From: Lingula anatina
Lineage: Eukaryota > Animalia > Brachiopoda
Reading direction: 5' to 3'
NCBI GenBank assembly: GCA_051362555.1
Contig: CM120640.1
Coordinates: 19,282,001 to 19,346,000 of the forward strand
DNA: 64,000 bases
This document shows, in pieces, positions 12,913-25,400 of this stretch. Position numbers and translations under genes: made by a program. Each line of letters starts with the position of its first letter. Within the stretch, counting starts at the first letter, position 1. Below the pieces are notes generated by a model. It saw only the letters and a list, made by a program, of their open reading frames with translations. It was not told the origin of the DNA and searched no databases.

Positions 12913-14154
12913 TCACTTCGATCGGTTTTGTACGTAGACTTCAGAGACATCTTTGCTAGTGTTGTTACTGCTCTTTCTTGATGACGGCATGTGGCAGGTG
13001 GGGGAGCTTGGCCAGGTGGTACTGACGGTGGATTCTTTAGATGAAAGTTTATTCTTTAATAAAAAATGCGGTTTGCGCTTTCTTGTCTTAATCTTACACA
13101 TCAGAAGATCCGTAAGAGTTTTCCGGAAATTTGTTCCTATTGCACAGTAGATGAGAAAGTTCACCGCTGCGTTAAACGTGAGCAACGTGTCTGTAACTTT
13201 GCTGAACACCCCAAGAGCCGACTTAATGTTCAACGGATTGATAACGTTGATAAAATATATTACTTGCAATACAAAATCTGGTGTCTGACACCCAATGAAT
13301 ACCAGGACCACAATGATAAGCAAGCGGGTGGTGTTTTCCTCGCGTTCCGCGTGCGGTGCGTGTCCCCTCAAATTTGCTCTCTGCTTACGTGCCTGACGTA
13401 GTGACAGGATCAGCTTCACATTAATGACAGTCACTGTAACTATGGGGATTATGTACATTATCAGAAAATATAAAATCCAGCAATAAAAGATGATGAAAAA
13501 TTTGTTCTGTCTGACACTTTGATTTTCCTTGGGACTGCACATGGTTCTGTTCTTGTATTGTATCACCGTTGTTTCATATTCAAAGAAGCGCGGAATGTTA
13601 AAAATAAAACAGCCAAGGTAGACGGCCAACAAAGTGAGACAGGGGCGTATGCGATTGGCATAGCGCCGGCTAAGGTTCTGCAGTGGGCGACACACAGCGA
13701 AATATCGGTCCACGGCTACGGCGACCACGATCCATGTGCTTATATGCTGTAAGCTATACATAATTGGTCTAAGATACTGTATCAGGCATGTATAGGTATA
13801 TTTGGCGTAAAATTCGGCCTCTCCAAGATGGACGTATATACCAAGCATGGGTTTATAAAGGAATGTGGTTACTAAGAAAAGAGTGTCGGATATCGCAAGT
13901 CCCCGTAGCATTATGGAGGTGGACGTAACTGGCTTGTCTAGAGTTAACACGGTTACAACCAGAATGTTACCAAGGATTCCGAACACGCTCAGTGATCCCC
14001 CAGCTAAGGTGTTCACATAGAACATAGTTTCCTTGTTAGCTTTGGACATTGCTTCCGCTGCAGTCGAGGCATTAGCGACAGACTGGTTGGGAGACAGGGT
14101 GATGTTTGGAACCTCGTTGAAAACAACGCTGCTGTTGAAGAGTGTAGAGTCCAT
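12913..14154 (-). CDS. Class A peptide GPCR, FMRFamide-receptor-like (413 aa, single coding exon)
   Basis: Start MDSTLFNSS directly follows a splice acceptor (gtttcctttcag|AATG). N-terminus has N-glycosylation sequons. Seven hydrophobic segments with GN (TM1), LAISD (TM2), DRYFAVC (TM3), PRFFE, CQTP (TM6) and NFLIYC (TM7; NFxxY is typical of this invertebrate group). Ser/Thr-rich tail. Confidence 0.92.
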   Translation of the reverse strand: MDSTLFNSSVVFNEVPNITLSPNQSVANASTAAEAMSKANKETMFYVNTLAGGSLSVFGILGNILVVTVLTLDKPVTSTSIMLRGLAISDTLFLVTTFLYKPMLGIYVHLGEAEFYAKYTYTCLIQYLRPIMYSLQHISTWIVVAVAVDRYFAVCRPLQNLSRRYANRIRPCLTLLAVYLGCFIFNIPRFFEYETTVIQYKNRTMCSPKENQSVRQNKFFIIFYCWILYFLIMYIIPIVTVTVINVKLILSLRQARKQRANLRGHAPHAEREENTTRLLIIVVLVFIGCQTPDFVLQVIYFINVINPLNIKSALGVFSKVTDTLLTFNAAVNFLIYCAIGTNFRKTLTDLLMCKIKTRKRKPHFLLKNKLSSKESTVSTTWPSSPTCHMPSSRKSSNNTSKDVSEVYVQNRSK

Positions 14155-17100
14155 TCTGAAAGGAAACAATGAATAAAAAAGACAGAAAAATAATAATATA
14201 ATATAATAAGATGAAGTAAAAAATAATAATAATCTGAAACAATTATTGTCCCAATTTTTTTCAAATGGTTTACTTATCATCCTGTATATAGCCTGTATTA
14301 TTGTATGCTGCAGTATTGAGAATAGTTCCACTGCTATTAATCTATGATGCTTACACAACAATCTGTCACAAACTTTCTTCCAGTGTAAGTACCAAACGTT
14401 TACCTAAAAACGATTCTCCACTCGAATTTATAGCACTTTCACGAGACCTTAATAACGTCATCAATTCTCCAGGTTTCCGTTCAGAATTCCCAGTTTTTTC
14501 ATCCAACAGTTTTATGAAATAATGGTTTGAGGTAATCTCAGTAGGGAAGCGCTTCCGTCGGAGTTGGCAGAGACGAAATGACATTTCAAGCCTGACGTTT
14601 TGAATATTGATTGCATTTTGCTTAATTCCTCGAGTGAACCTCAGTGATTGGTCGGGGAAATTAAGCACTTGCTTCTGCCCGATTAATCGTCACAACTCGT
14701 TACTATAAAGGACACTTCACGGCACGAACGCGGTTTAGTTCGACATCGAATGAGATCATATAATGTATCTGTTAGCATATACATATATCTCAAATAATGG
14801 TTGTGGATTATCAACACCACTACTATCAGAAACTACCTTTTTCAGATGCGTGATTGGTGATAGGTTATGTAAGTTGGCTTCTTTTATCTGTTTCCTGTTT
14901 AAATCATTTTGCAAAATATACAACTTCAAAAAGAAAGGAAGAAAACATGATATACCTAAAGCCATCTCACCACAATCATTGATTTCCCCAAATAATTGGC
15001 CTTATAAAAAATAAACAGCAAATAGGTCTAACCATCGGCTAATATGACAGATGCTGAGTCATACATTTACACACTGCTAATTCTTCACGTTTTTCGATGC
15101 TGTATTGATAGCATGGTTGTACTTTTTCCCGGGATAAACCGCTCGTAAGGAAGCATCGCTTCAAAACATTATTCATAGTAATTTACTACTCTTTCCTCCA
15201 TATTTCCTGTTAGACCCATCATTTATCTACTGTGTCAATTTTCTGAGAAAAATAACAATGAACAAAGATAAACACGTAAAAAGAAATTGATCGTATGCAC
15301 TGAAACTCACGTGCTAAGAGACTGTTATTCAATTTTGATTTTCAGATAATATTTTACGGCGTATTTGCTCCCAATATCAATTAATTACCAAATCGGCCTA
15401 TTCCTAGAAACCCACAATACTCATGAGTTTACATACAGATGGCGTCCAGTAGTAAATCCGAACATCAAACATTATCAGACATTATCAGACGGTGTGACTG
15501 TTGCAACCATCTATGAATGAACAAAGAAATCCCGTGCATCAACTTTTTTGATCATTTGGCTGTATTCACACACACGCCCACACTTTTTTATTTTAATGTA
15601 AAACTTACCTACTAAATGCACTGAAAACTTAGGTGCTAAGAATTTCTGCATATACATGTTCATCTAGAAGCTTTTGTGTCTTTTCTGTGTTTGAAAGTCT
15701 AATTATGAAACATGCCAACATAAAAACTTAAAAAGATCATGGTATCTACAAAGGTGAAATATTGTGGGATTTTTTTTAATCAAACGTACATTGTGTGAAG
15801 TTTTGATTGACAATCAATACTGCCAGTTGCTCAGATGAATCAACTTCCTTGACACATAAAACAATGCATTTTAGCTTCCTCATTTTCAAGATGTCACTTT
15901 TTTCAATCTTCTTTTGCATTGCTTATGTGATGTCGATCGGTGTATATTAGTGTTACTTTGCATTCTTTATCACGCAGTAAAATTTGTGCAAAACGAAAAA
16001 TTTAGCCGGTCTTTTAAAAGGATCAAAGCAAAGGGCAACTATTAATCAACCTCAAATTGAGTGATCAAATTAGAAAAGCGAAAATAAGTTTTAAAGGTGT
16101 ATGGAGTCGTAACGAACGCATAGCGTAAAATGTCACCTTTTATCGTTCATGTCAATGATACTTTTCGAAATAGGTCTGCAAATTAGCTATAAAATTGATA
16201 ATCTTTATTAAAATAGTGCATTATAGCGTTAATAATGTCTAGAGCACAATAAGCCTTGGGGTGTAGTTTTTCTGCTAAAATCAAAATTGGCATGGGTTGG
16301 TTGTTAGAAATTGGGAAGCGGTGTTAAAGTCAACATGACACGTATACATCGACAAATAAACAGGGCAGGGTTTGTTTCGGGGAAGTTATATTATAGAAAC
16401 TGAGGATAATGAAGAATGGAAATTGAGGGTAGCAACTTTAAGTATGTGCACCAACGGTCGTGAGGCCCCGATTGACGTAGAAAAGACAATCGATGAAATG
16501 TCACCATTTTCACAAGTTTATGGCCATCTTATTTTAAGCTAAAGGTTGAAAAAATAAAAGCCTGAGATCTACTGTGCGAAGAGGAAATACACGCTACGCA
16601 GTAAAAAAAACGGCTACTCAGAAACTTTAAGGAAATCAAGGTGTTTCAAAATCTCTTGACGCGTCTAGTTTCTGTCCCAAAAGATCTACTAAAGACAGAA
16701 TATGAAGAGACAGACAGCACGATTTAAACATTAACTGTGTGATGAAAAACCTGTTACTGATGAAGCTTCCAGCGAAAATATAAGACGATCAATAACATCG
16801 AAGCTTTATCACTGTCGCACCAGTAAAGGTTGTGTGGGGGATAAAAATTAAGGTGATAGCTGGCGTACCAAGCATTTACTTTCATGTTTCATTGCTGACT
16901 TTTTGATATTCCAACCAATGATTATTATTGCATATAAGATACTGTGGCAGCTGAGATATAATACCTGAGATAACCTGGTTCAAGCCAGTCCCAGGTCCAA
17001 GGGTGAAGTGACCTTCCTACCCGGAGACGGGCCCCCGTAGACAAAACCGACTTGGGTATTCCTACACTACGTATTGTAATTTAGTGATTCTGACAACTTT

Positions 17101-17805
17101 TCAAACATCCTTTACTCATGAAGTATTAATTTGCTATAAAGAACTATATTGAGAGACCAATTATCCAATAATGATCGATGCAATTAAATAGTCTCAAAAC
17201 ATCATCCTCTGCCTATAGTTTGACTTTTTCAGATTGGCAGACTCAAGTGGTACATATATGATACTGATTTTTTTATTTATAAAGCCCAATATCTAACATT
17301 GTAATATTTACATAGATATACCTACGCATCCTCTTTTGTTAGTTATCAGTAATACAGTAGTGTGTTAGGCCGGAGAAAAGCAATGAGCATGTTATAGCAT
17401 TTTGTTTCTGGACAGAAACCATGTGTTCTTGAACTAAATCAAGCATAGATTATCATAGCAATGCCTGACTGAACTGAATTCAGATGATGTTAATTCGAGA
17501 TGTAATTTGAATAAGAGCCCTCATTAACTTATTAACATATAAGATGTTTATACCTTCTCGAACTACAGGATGTAGTTGGAAGTAATGATGTTCAAACATA
17601 AATCACACACTTCATTACCATCCACATGAGTAATGACATTCACTTCGAAGGAATTGCACTTTGTTGTTGCTAAAATAATACACTTACGGAAACTGCGGTG
17701 AAGTAGCTTAAGTAGCTTTTAGATTTCACACCGTTTAGAGGTTCCAGGAATCTCACCTCTCTACTGTCAACGCGCACACACCTCTGTCGTTTCATGTAAC
17801 TAAGG

Positions 17806-17990
17806 GACCATTCCCACAGATATTTGGATCGATCTACCGAATCAGCTAGGGGGTAAAGATAATTACCCCCTAACAGCTTTACTAGGCGTGACAGACATTT
17901 AAGCCGGTTACGTTGATAGCAATTTAGTGAGATTCCCCAGGGAGTTAGACCGATCCAAATGCACCGAGCTAGGCATGGGAACCCAGTGTA
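17806..17990. mobile_element. Palindromic MITE, family A, internally deleted copy 2
   Basis: ATTCCCACAGAT..GATCGATCTA, TAATTACCCCCT, GACAGACATTTAAGCC (reverse complement of the copy 1 arm), GCAATTTAGTGAGA and TGGGAACCCAGT. Confidence 0.65.
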
Positions 17991-18440
17991 AAACGTTTGA
18001 GCTATGCTGGGACCTCTGAAACTCGGGGTGGCCAAAAGGGAATCACCACATTTGATTTAAGGAGCACCGTAAATCATCACCTCACCTCTCCTACCAAAAA
18101 AATGGGAGGTGGAATCTGTTGTTTTTCTATTATATTCCGAAGAATGACTTCCACTTTAGATTGTTATCGAACGTTATTCACGATGAGCAGACAGTTTTTC
18201 GTCATAGCATTACGAAAATGTTTTTATAGATGGGGAGAGGGTGGAATGCATCCGAATTTCTTAGCTTTACGACGTTTATTTGTCCAAATTGCTGAGATTG
18301 TAATTTTGGGCAGGATAGCAGGTGCTGAAGACGCTTTACTCATTAACCGAAACACGCAGGATGCTAGCGGACGGTTGATGAAACACTGTTTCCCAACGAC
18401 TCAAGTTGTTGTTTTACACACACACACACACACACACTAA

Positions 18441-18678
18441 GATATAAAAGTATATCACCCATTGAAATGAAATTAAATAATCAACGCCTACATGATAATA
18501 GAATTTATGTATGTCTATATGTATCGGTGTGATCCATATATACGATCTATTGAACTAATGTTCGTAAGGCCTACGGATCACACCAATATAGGCTTATATA
18601 TATAGATATAATTTCTATTAACTTGTAGGCCTGGATGTTGTTTAGAGTTCACTTCCCCGGGTGATATACCCTTACACC
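18441..18678. mobile_element. Degenerate ~235-bp palindromic element (MITE-like)
   Basis: Nested inverted pairs GTATATCACCC/GGGTGATATAC, CCTACA..TAATAGAA/TTCTATTA..TGTAGG and GGTGTGATCC/GGATCACACC. Confidence 0.7.
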
Positions 18679-20205
18679 TTTAATGTGAAAATGTGGCGCA
18701 ATTACATCGGAATGGGATTCGCAGCTGTGAAGCTGTAACCATGTGATAAGCATGAATCAGAATGCAAAGACGAAAAATATATAGATCTAACTGCAATTTC
18801 AGGTTGACATGAAAAAAATGAGAGTTAATTATTTGAAAGCGTTAATTTGAAATAGCCGCTTGAGTGCATATGCCATTTCTTGTCACAGCACGCGTATCGT
18901 TAATCAGTATTCGAAACTGCTTTTTATTCCAAATTGAATTACAACGTAATTTTCTACCAAAGTTTGCCGTTCATTCTACATCAACTGATTAATAAATCAA
19001 CATGTAGCAATATTTGGTTGTTGTGTCAATGCAAGTATGAGGTTGTTTTTTTCCGCTTCATAGACAAAATGAGGTGCAACGAAACATGCAAAAGAGCCGT
19101 TCTAATTTGTGTTAAAGAAAAACAGTCCTGATGGTCTTTTATCTTTCTCATTTTGATACATGTAAATCCTGGGAACGATTATCATCATAAAAAAATAAGT
19201 TATCTTCAAAGACGTAAGGCCTACCTGATTCTTCCACCAAGTATCGTTAACGTCCCCTGTGACAACCCAACAGGTAGCTGATCTTGTATTTTCTGTATTG
19301 TGGAACCCTGGAATCTATTTGATAAAAAAGTGGCTTCTTCGGTCGTCCAGTTAAAAACTGGTGGGTTCGTTTCCCGGTTGATCAACTATAATCTAGGCAA
19401 GCTGGTAGGAAAGCATACCCCAGCACACTCTTTGCTCGCATTCTTAATGGAATACATTACCGCACGGGGACGTATGTCAAATCGGCTGTCATTAACGGGC
19501 ATTTTATCAAATATATCAGTAATTTCCCACTCAGCAAACGTTTATTACTCGGTAGCTATATAATTGTACTGGCGGATCACACAAGGACGGGGGGATGATT
19601 TTCACCAACTTCATCACTTCTTCTTTCATTACTCTATATATAGCAGGTTCAAAGGGTTCGAAACGGGGACTCCTAGCTGTAATCCATCAGTTCTATAAAC
19701 GATATTACAGATACCGCGAAGTGTATGCGCACTGGTAGGTCGAATAACGAAAATGTCCACATATGTCACGTCGAAAGATAGGTTTGAAAAGTTTTTTTAA
19801 TAAGCACTTCTTGTGTCAAGAAAGAATTTATCTTTACAATTCACCGTTCATATTTAAAGGAGATTATGTGTTTCAATAAATGTTAACTATCTAAGATGAG
19901 AATACTCGTTTCGGGGTTCGATGGCTAAATATACATTTCTAATACAACGGTAAATTTAGACAACAACATTGTAACAAGAATCATTAGCTAAAATGGCTCC
20001 GTGAGAACCCCCCTACCATACATGCCTGTCTAAGCGTAAAGTAAAAATAGTCCTCAGATAGGAGTGTCAGATATAGTTTTAATCGCGAACTCAAACAGTT
20101 AATCTAACTTTTACTTCGACATCGGGTTTAAACACCGTTAAAAGAAAATACCAAATAACTTTTGAACTGGGTCCTATCACACTAATCATTAATTTGATGG
20201 GACTT

Positions 20206-20377
20206 CAGGCCCGTAGCCAGCAAATTCAAAAAGGGGGGTCTTTTTCTGAAAAATGGACCTTTTACAATGAAACTTGTGTGTACCTAGATAAAATTTTACC
20301 CAAAATGGACCTTTTCATGACAAAAGGGGCGGTTCTTTCGAACCCCCCCGAACCCCCCCCCCCTGGCTACGGGCCTG
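20206..20377 (+). mobile_element. MITE family B (TIR CAGGCCCGTAGCC), copy 1
   Basis: 15-bp TIR CAGGCCCGTAGCCAG/CTGGCTACGGGCCTG. Near-TSD gactt/ggctt. Homologous to 53056-53222 in the opposite orientation. Confidence 0.85.
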
Positions 20378-21155
20378 GGCTTGATTTTGCATGCCTGAGA
20401 CCTAGGTATGTTGTGCAAAGTGTTCCAACAACATGGAAAATATTGCGTTTGCTGCGATCTCTGTTGCAACGACCTAAATTTTCCCACCTCTTGCTTGCTG
20501 AAACTTAGACGGTTACTTATCTAAACAAAAAAAAATCATTTTTTCTGTGTAAAATATTGAAAGTTTTCAGAAGATTTTTAAGTAGTAATACAGCAGCGAT
20601 TATAGGTTTCGAAATCAACTACTGTGACTGACTGATAACATTTATTTCTCTGGCTGAGAGGTTTGTCGTTTCCTTAGACAAAAAGCTACATGTAGAAAGG
20701 CAATCGAGTAAGCGGTGCGAAAATAACTGATGACAATGCAAGCTACACACAATGCACAAAAATATAAATAATGCAATTAATACAAAAATAGCCCTACAGC
20801 AACTAGTAAGAGATATATTAAAGTCAATAAAGATGCATATGTTTTCAGAATTTTTGAACTTCCGTATTTTCATTAAATTAATTGAAAAAATGTAAACGAT
20901 TTTTCTTTAATGTAAAACAGTTTCATTAGCAATGTTATTGTAATAAACTTGTGAAGAATCTTAATTTAGTCTATAGCTACTTATATATTTGTCTGGTCTT
21001 ACCAGCCAATATTTCGTCTGCTTGCAGTCAGTCTTCATCAGGGAATGAGGTTGTGATAGATGTGACAACCTATGACACCCCTCTGGTGTGCTATTTGGTC
21101 AGATCCCCTGTTTTTCCATGAACTTTTTTTGTTTAACCCAGGACCTACATGTACC

Positions 21156-21409
21156 CAGTGGCAGATTAAGAGGGGAATCAGGGGGGGTCCTGATAAAATA
21201 TATCACACCAATATTCCCCTCTTGAAATTAGAATTTTGACTAGCTAAATCATAGTTCTAAATCGTACCAAAGGACACTGTTTGCTCTCCAGAAAACCAAA
21301 ACTTTTCGGGGACCTTGAGCAGGCCCCAAACCCCACACCGAAGGGGCGATGGTCGGCTTTGCATCTGAGGTCGTCGCTCCCCCTTCAAATAATCCTGGAT
21401 CCGCCCCTG
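21156..21409. mobile_element. MITE with CAG(T/G)GGC(A/G)GAT-type termini
   Basis: CAGTGGCAGATTAAGAGGGG at the left end and CCTGGATCCGCCCCTG at the right. A similar right end lies at ~22190-22221. Confidence 0.6.
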
Positions 21410-22308
21410 TTTACAGTCTGATTGGTAAATAAGTCAGTCGACAAAATAAATAAAGAGACGAAGGGTGGCCGTTTTTCAGTAGTCATACTAGAACCCACCA
21501 AACTGTATTCGGTCCTTGTTACATGTACTCATTCGTGTGAACCTCGACGTTTTATCAAGGGCCTGACCACATAAAAGACCCGTCGAAAATCTGGTACAAG
21601 TTGTTATATATATATATATGAGAATATGAGAAATTCAAAATTATGTGATTCGTACATCATTGACGCCTCGCGTCTAGTTCGCGTTATAAACCTAACTTCT
21701 GATTCCATGAATGGCGAACGAAGGCTTGAGTTGATGCTGAAAATTTATTTTAGTAAACCTTACTTGCTTCAGTCATGTCTTCACTGCTAAACCATTTCAC
21801 TACTCCTGTGTAAGCTGACCTTGTAAGCAGTTTATTAGAATGAATTTTCTAAAATGAAGATAAAACAATCCATTAGTTCATCAACTATCAACTATCAGGA
21901 TTACTTGAAAACACCTTTTTAATAATTTTGATAAACCTTATTACATAATTGAAGTCTATTTTATAGGTTTTTTAAAGCTTATAATCATGTCGGTATTTTT
22001 GGGTAATTTCAAAGTCGGGTAAAATCCTCATCGCTCTAGTCGCCGATTACCGACACATAGGGCCTATATCTTTTTTTTTTATAACATTGTTAGAACGTTT
22101 TATACTAGATGTGATGGTTTAAGTTGTGCTAATTGTAGTGATGCAAAATATGAAGTCCTTTGTTCGTGTGTTTTTGCCGCATTCGCGGACCCCCCTTCAA
22201 CTGATCCTGGATCTTACCCTGGACACACCTATAAATCTATTTTCACACACAGGTTGTAGCCCATCTTGACAATTATTTCTTTCAATCGATGTATAGTTAT
22301 TACCACTG

Positions 22309-22319
22309 TTTGCGCGGGA
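22309..22319 (+). promoter_or_regulatory. E2F-like site upstream of RNASEH2A
   Basis: TTTGCGCGGGA lies ~110 nt upstream of the ATG in otherwise AT-rich DNA. Motif match only. Confidence 0.35.
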
Positions 22320-22427
22320 CGGGGGCTAGCAAGAAGGCTTCGAACATTTAGATGTTTGCTTAACTACTATATTTTGTTATTTGCTTTATTGTTAAGAGAA
22401 TCTCACAGAGACACACGGTATTGTGAA

Positions 22428-25400
22428 ATGGATTTAAGTGCTTTCGAAACTGACAATAGCTGTAATTGCATCGTTGGCTCTGATATACCAGAAATTGCCA
22501 AAAGGGAACCATGCTGGTTGGGGATAGACGAAGCTGGAAGGGGGCCAGTTTTGGGTAGGTATGATGGAGTCAGACAAGGGGTGTGTGTGTGTGTGTGTGC
22601 TAAATATTGACCCCTTTTATCATCGTCTAATCCACTGTAATTATTCTTGTTCCCCTCCCTTATCAAAATGTACGTGGGCCTTGAGGTGCTTAAATACTAC
22701 TGAATATCCACATCCTAATAATCTCTGTGGGTCCTCCGTTGCACCTTGTATTGTGTAAACCCAATTCAAAGTACTTTCATGTCCATTTAGGCACTAGGAC
22801 AAAAAAGCTAGTCTTGGTCTTTTTTTTTCCAGTTGCATATCTCCCTGCATATCTCAGCTACCTTTTCACCCCACCATGTTGTGACTCGTGTGGTAGTCGA
22901 GATATCGTCCTTTATCGTCCTAGTGCCTAAGCGAAAAAGAAAAGCACTTTAAATTGGATTTACACATTATAAGGTGCAATGGACTCGCCCGCACGAAAAT
23001 GCAGTAGTATCGAAGTAGCAAAGAAGCATTAACGCAGTAGTGGTGTGGAGCATATTTGCAGTAGAAATGCAGTATAGCCTACTGCAATTCTACTTCACAA
23101 ATCACATAGGGTTGTACAGAAGAGGAGCATTAATGCAGTAGATTTGCAACATGATAGAAGCATGTTTCAAATATGCTAATTAGCTCCCCAATCGAAGCAG
23201 ATTTGAAGCATGTTTGCAGTATGATTGCAGTAGTCTACTGCGCTGGAGTATCTATTTCGTTTTCGTGCGGGAGGACACACAGAGATTGGCAGGACGTGGA
23301 TATTCAGAGATATTTAGGCGATTCTAGTTCATGAACATAGCCTTATGAGACCTTACCAGCTGGCAAATCATTTTGTTTCAACGTTGAAACAATGTTGAAC
23401 TATAATGGTAGTAGAGAAAGGTCTAACAGGATCGGCCCATCTCCAAGGGGATTCTCGCTTAATTGCAATTAACTTAAGTGGCTTAGATGTCTGGCAAGCC
23501 TACTGAAGCTGACAGGGGGTAATTACCTATCATTTAGCAGCTTTAGCAGGCGTGCCAGATATCTAAGCCACTTAAGCTGAAAACAATTTAGCGAGAAAAT
23601 CCATGGAGATGGACCGATCCTGTTAGATGGAATTAGGGATGGGAACCCAGTCTTAGAGTTACTCCAGATTCCCAGCTGATCGAGTGATTACACAGAACCC
23701 TGCAATTATTCCCCTCTGCTGCTGAGCCACTGCTTTAAGGGTTTGGTAGGGATGGGGTAGTTATATAACACCAGACAGTCAAATAGGATGTTTTCCCATG
23801 GGGACACATACTTAAATTTTGTATACTATTTGAGAAGCCCCTGATATCAGAGGGTACATTGTACCCCCTCCTGCCCCCAATATTAGTCTTTGATTTTCAA
23901 CATCTTCTCTTTATTAAGTGCAGACTTTTGGCAGTGCCTCTGCTATTCAAAGTGAACAGTATTTTTTGAACGGTTAATAAAAATGTATAAAAATAGAAAT
24001 TAAGTAATTTGATTTTTATGTACAGACACAGATGTGTCTGTACATATTGCCATCACCTGCGTCTGTCGTCGCCGATGCCGTCGCCGATGCCGATGCCGTC
24101 GCCGATGCCGTGCACTTTCCTTGTAAACACGATTAGTGGAGGACAGTTTTACTTTTTGGCTTTATATTTACAGAGCTGATGAATATTCATAAAACGCAGG
24201 TCAAGTTCGAAAATCAGCATGATCGGGCCATTATTGTAGTACTTATGCTGTTTTTATGTACAGACACAGATGTGTCTGTACATATTGCCATCACCTGCGT
24301 CTGTCGTCGCCGATGGCGATGGCGATGGCGATGCCGATGCCGGCGCCGTGCACTTTCCTTGTAAACACGATAAGTGGAGGGCAGTTTTACTTTTTGGCTT
24401 TATATTTACAGAGCTGATGAATATTCATAAAACGCAGGTCAAGTTCGAAAATCAGCATGATCGGGCCATTATTGTAGAAGTTATGCTGTTTTTTCACTTT
24501 TCAGCATATTTTTCACATTTCCTCAGATTCAATTCTTAGGCATGTTAACAGTCTCATTATTAAACTAATAAGATACGTAAAAGTGTTTGTTTGACATTTC
24601 CTGCATCTTTACAACATTGTTAGTTGATTTTGTAAAAATGATGGTAAACTTGTTATCGTGTATTGTGTAATAAAGTTTCAAAAATGGAAATAAACTCATA
24701 TCATTGCAGTTTGTCAGATTGAATTATTCACTATGTTCAGAATCTCAGAATGGAAGAAATTGGACATTTAACACTGCTCTGTTGATATTTTTCCCATCTC
24801 ATCAATTTTCTTAGTTGATAATATAAAAATGGCAGTAAACTGTTAATTTTGTTTTATTTTAAAAATTGTTAAAAATGGAAAAAAAAAAACATTTCAGAAC
24901 AGTGCTGTCTTGTTTACATTTTGGCATTTTCAAGTTGTGACTTTGAAGTTCCATGGGCCTGAAGACCTTTGCTAGTCACATTTTCTGAATATCCATGATA
25001 CTAATATTTTATTATTAAAAATTGATGGTCATCATGCTGTTAAACATTATGTAATATTGCATCAAAATTTGAAAAAAACCTATTTTGGGCACTGCTCCCA
25101 TGATGACCATTTAAGAAAAACCATGTCACTTACTGTTCTCAAACAGTACAGTAAATATATATAGATGTGTCTGTACATATTGCCATCACCTGCGTCTGTC
25201 GTCGCCGTCGCCGTCGGCGCCGTGCACTTGCCTTGTAAACACGATAAGTGGAAGGCAGTTTTACTTTTTGGCTTTATATTTACAGAGCTGATGAATATTC
25301 ATAAAATGCAGGTCAAGTTCGAAAATCAGCATGATCGGGCCATTATTGTAGAAGTTATGCTGTTTTTTCACTTTTCAGCATATATGCAACACTGTAAACA

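Noticed and set aside
12953-13752. Plus-strand ORFs over the GPCR, and similar antisense ORFs over the kelch, ankyrin and 39-kb genes
   Set aside because: Antisense shadows of real coding sequence with no recognisable motifs.
14155-14361. 69-aa N-terminal extension of the GPCR ORF
   Set aside because: It starts at a non-ATG codon in AT-rich intron-like sequence, and a splice acceptor immediately precedes the ATG at 14154.
14366-14668. 100-aa minus-strand ORF upstream of the GPCR
   Set aside because: Non-ATG start and no homology recognised. It is more likely a 5' UTR exon region (donor-like AG|GTAAAC at ~14403).
16940-17070. GC-rich patch with GGTTCAAGCC (B-box-like), a possible tRNA or SINE
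   Set aside because: I could not fold a cloverleaf or find a properly spaced A-box, and there is no second copy in the window.
17670-18440. 121-aa and 147-aa ORFs
   Set aside because: The first overlaps MITE family A. The second starts at a non-ATG codon and ends in a CA repeat. Neither has domain motifs.
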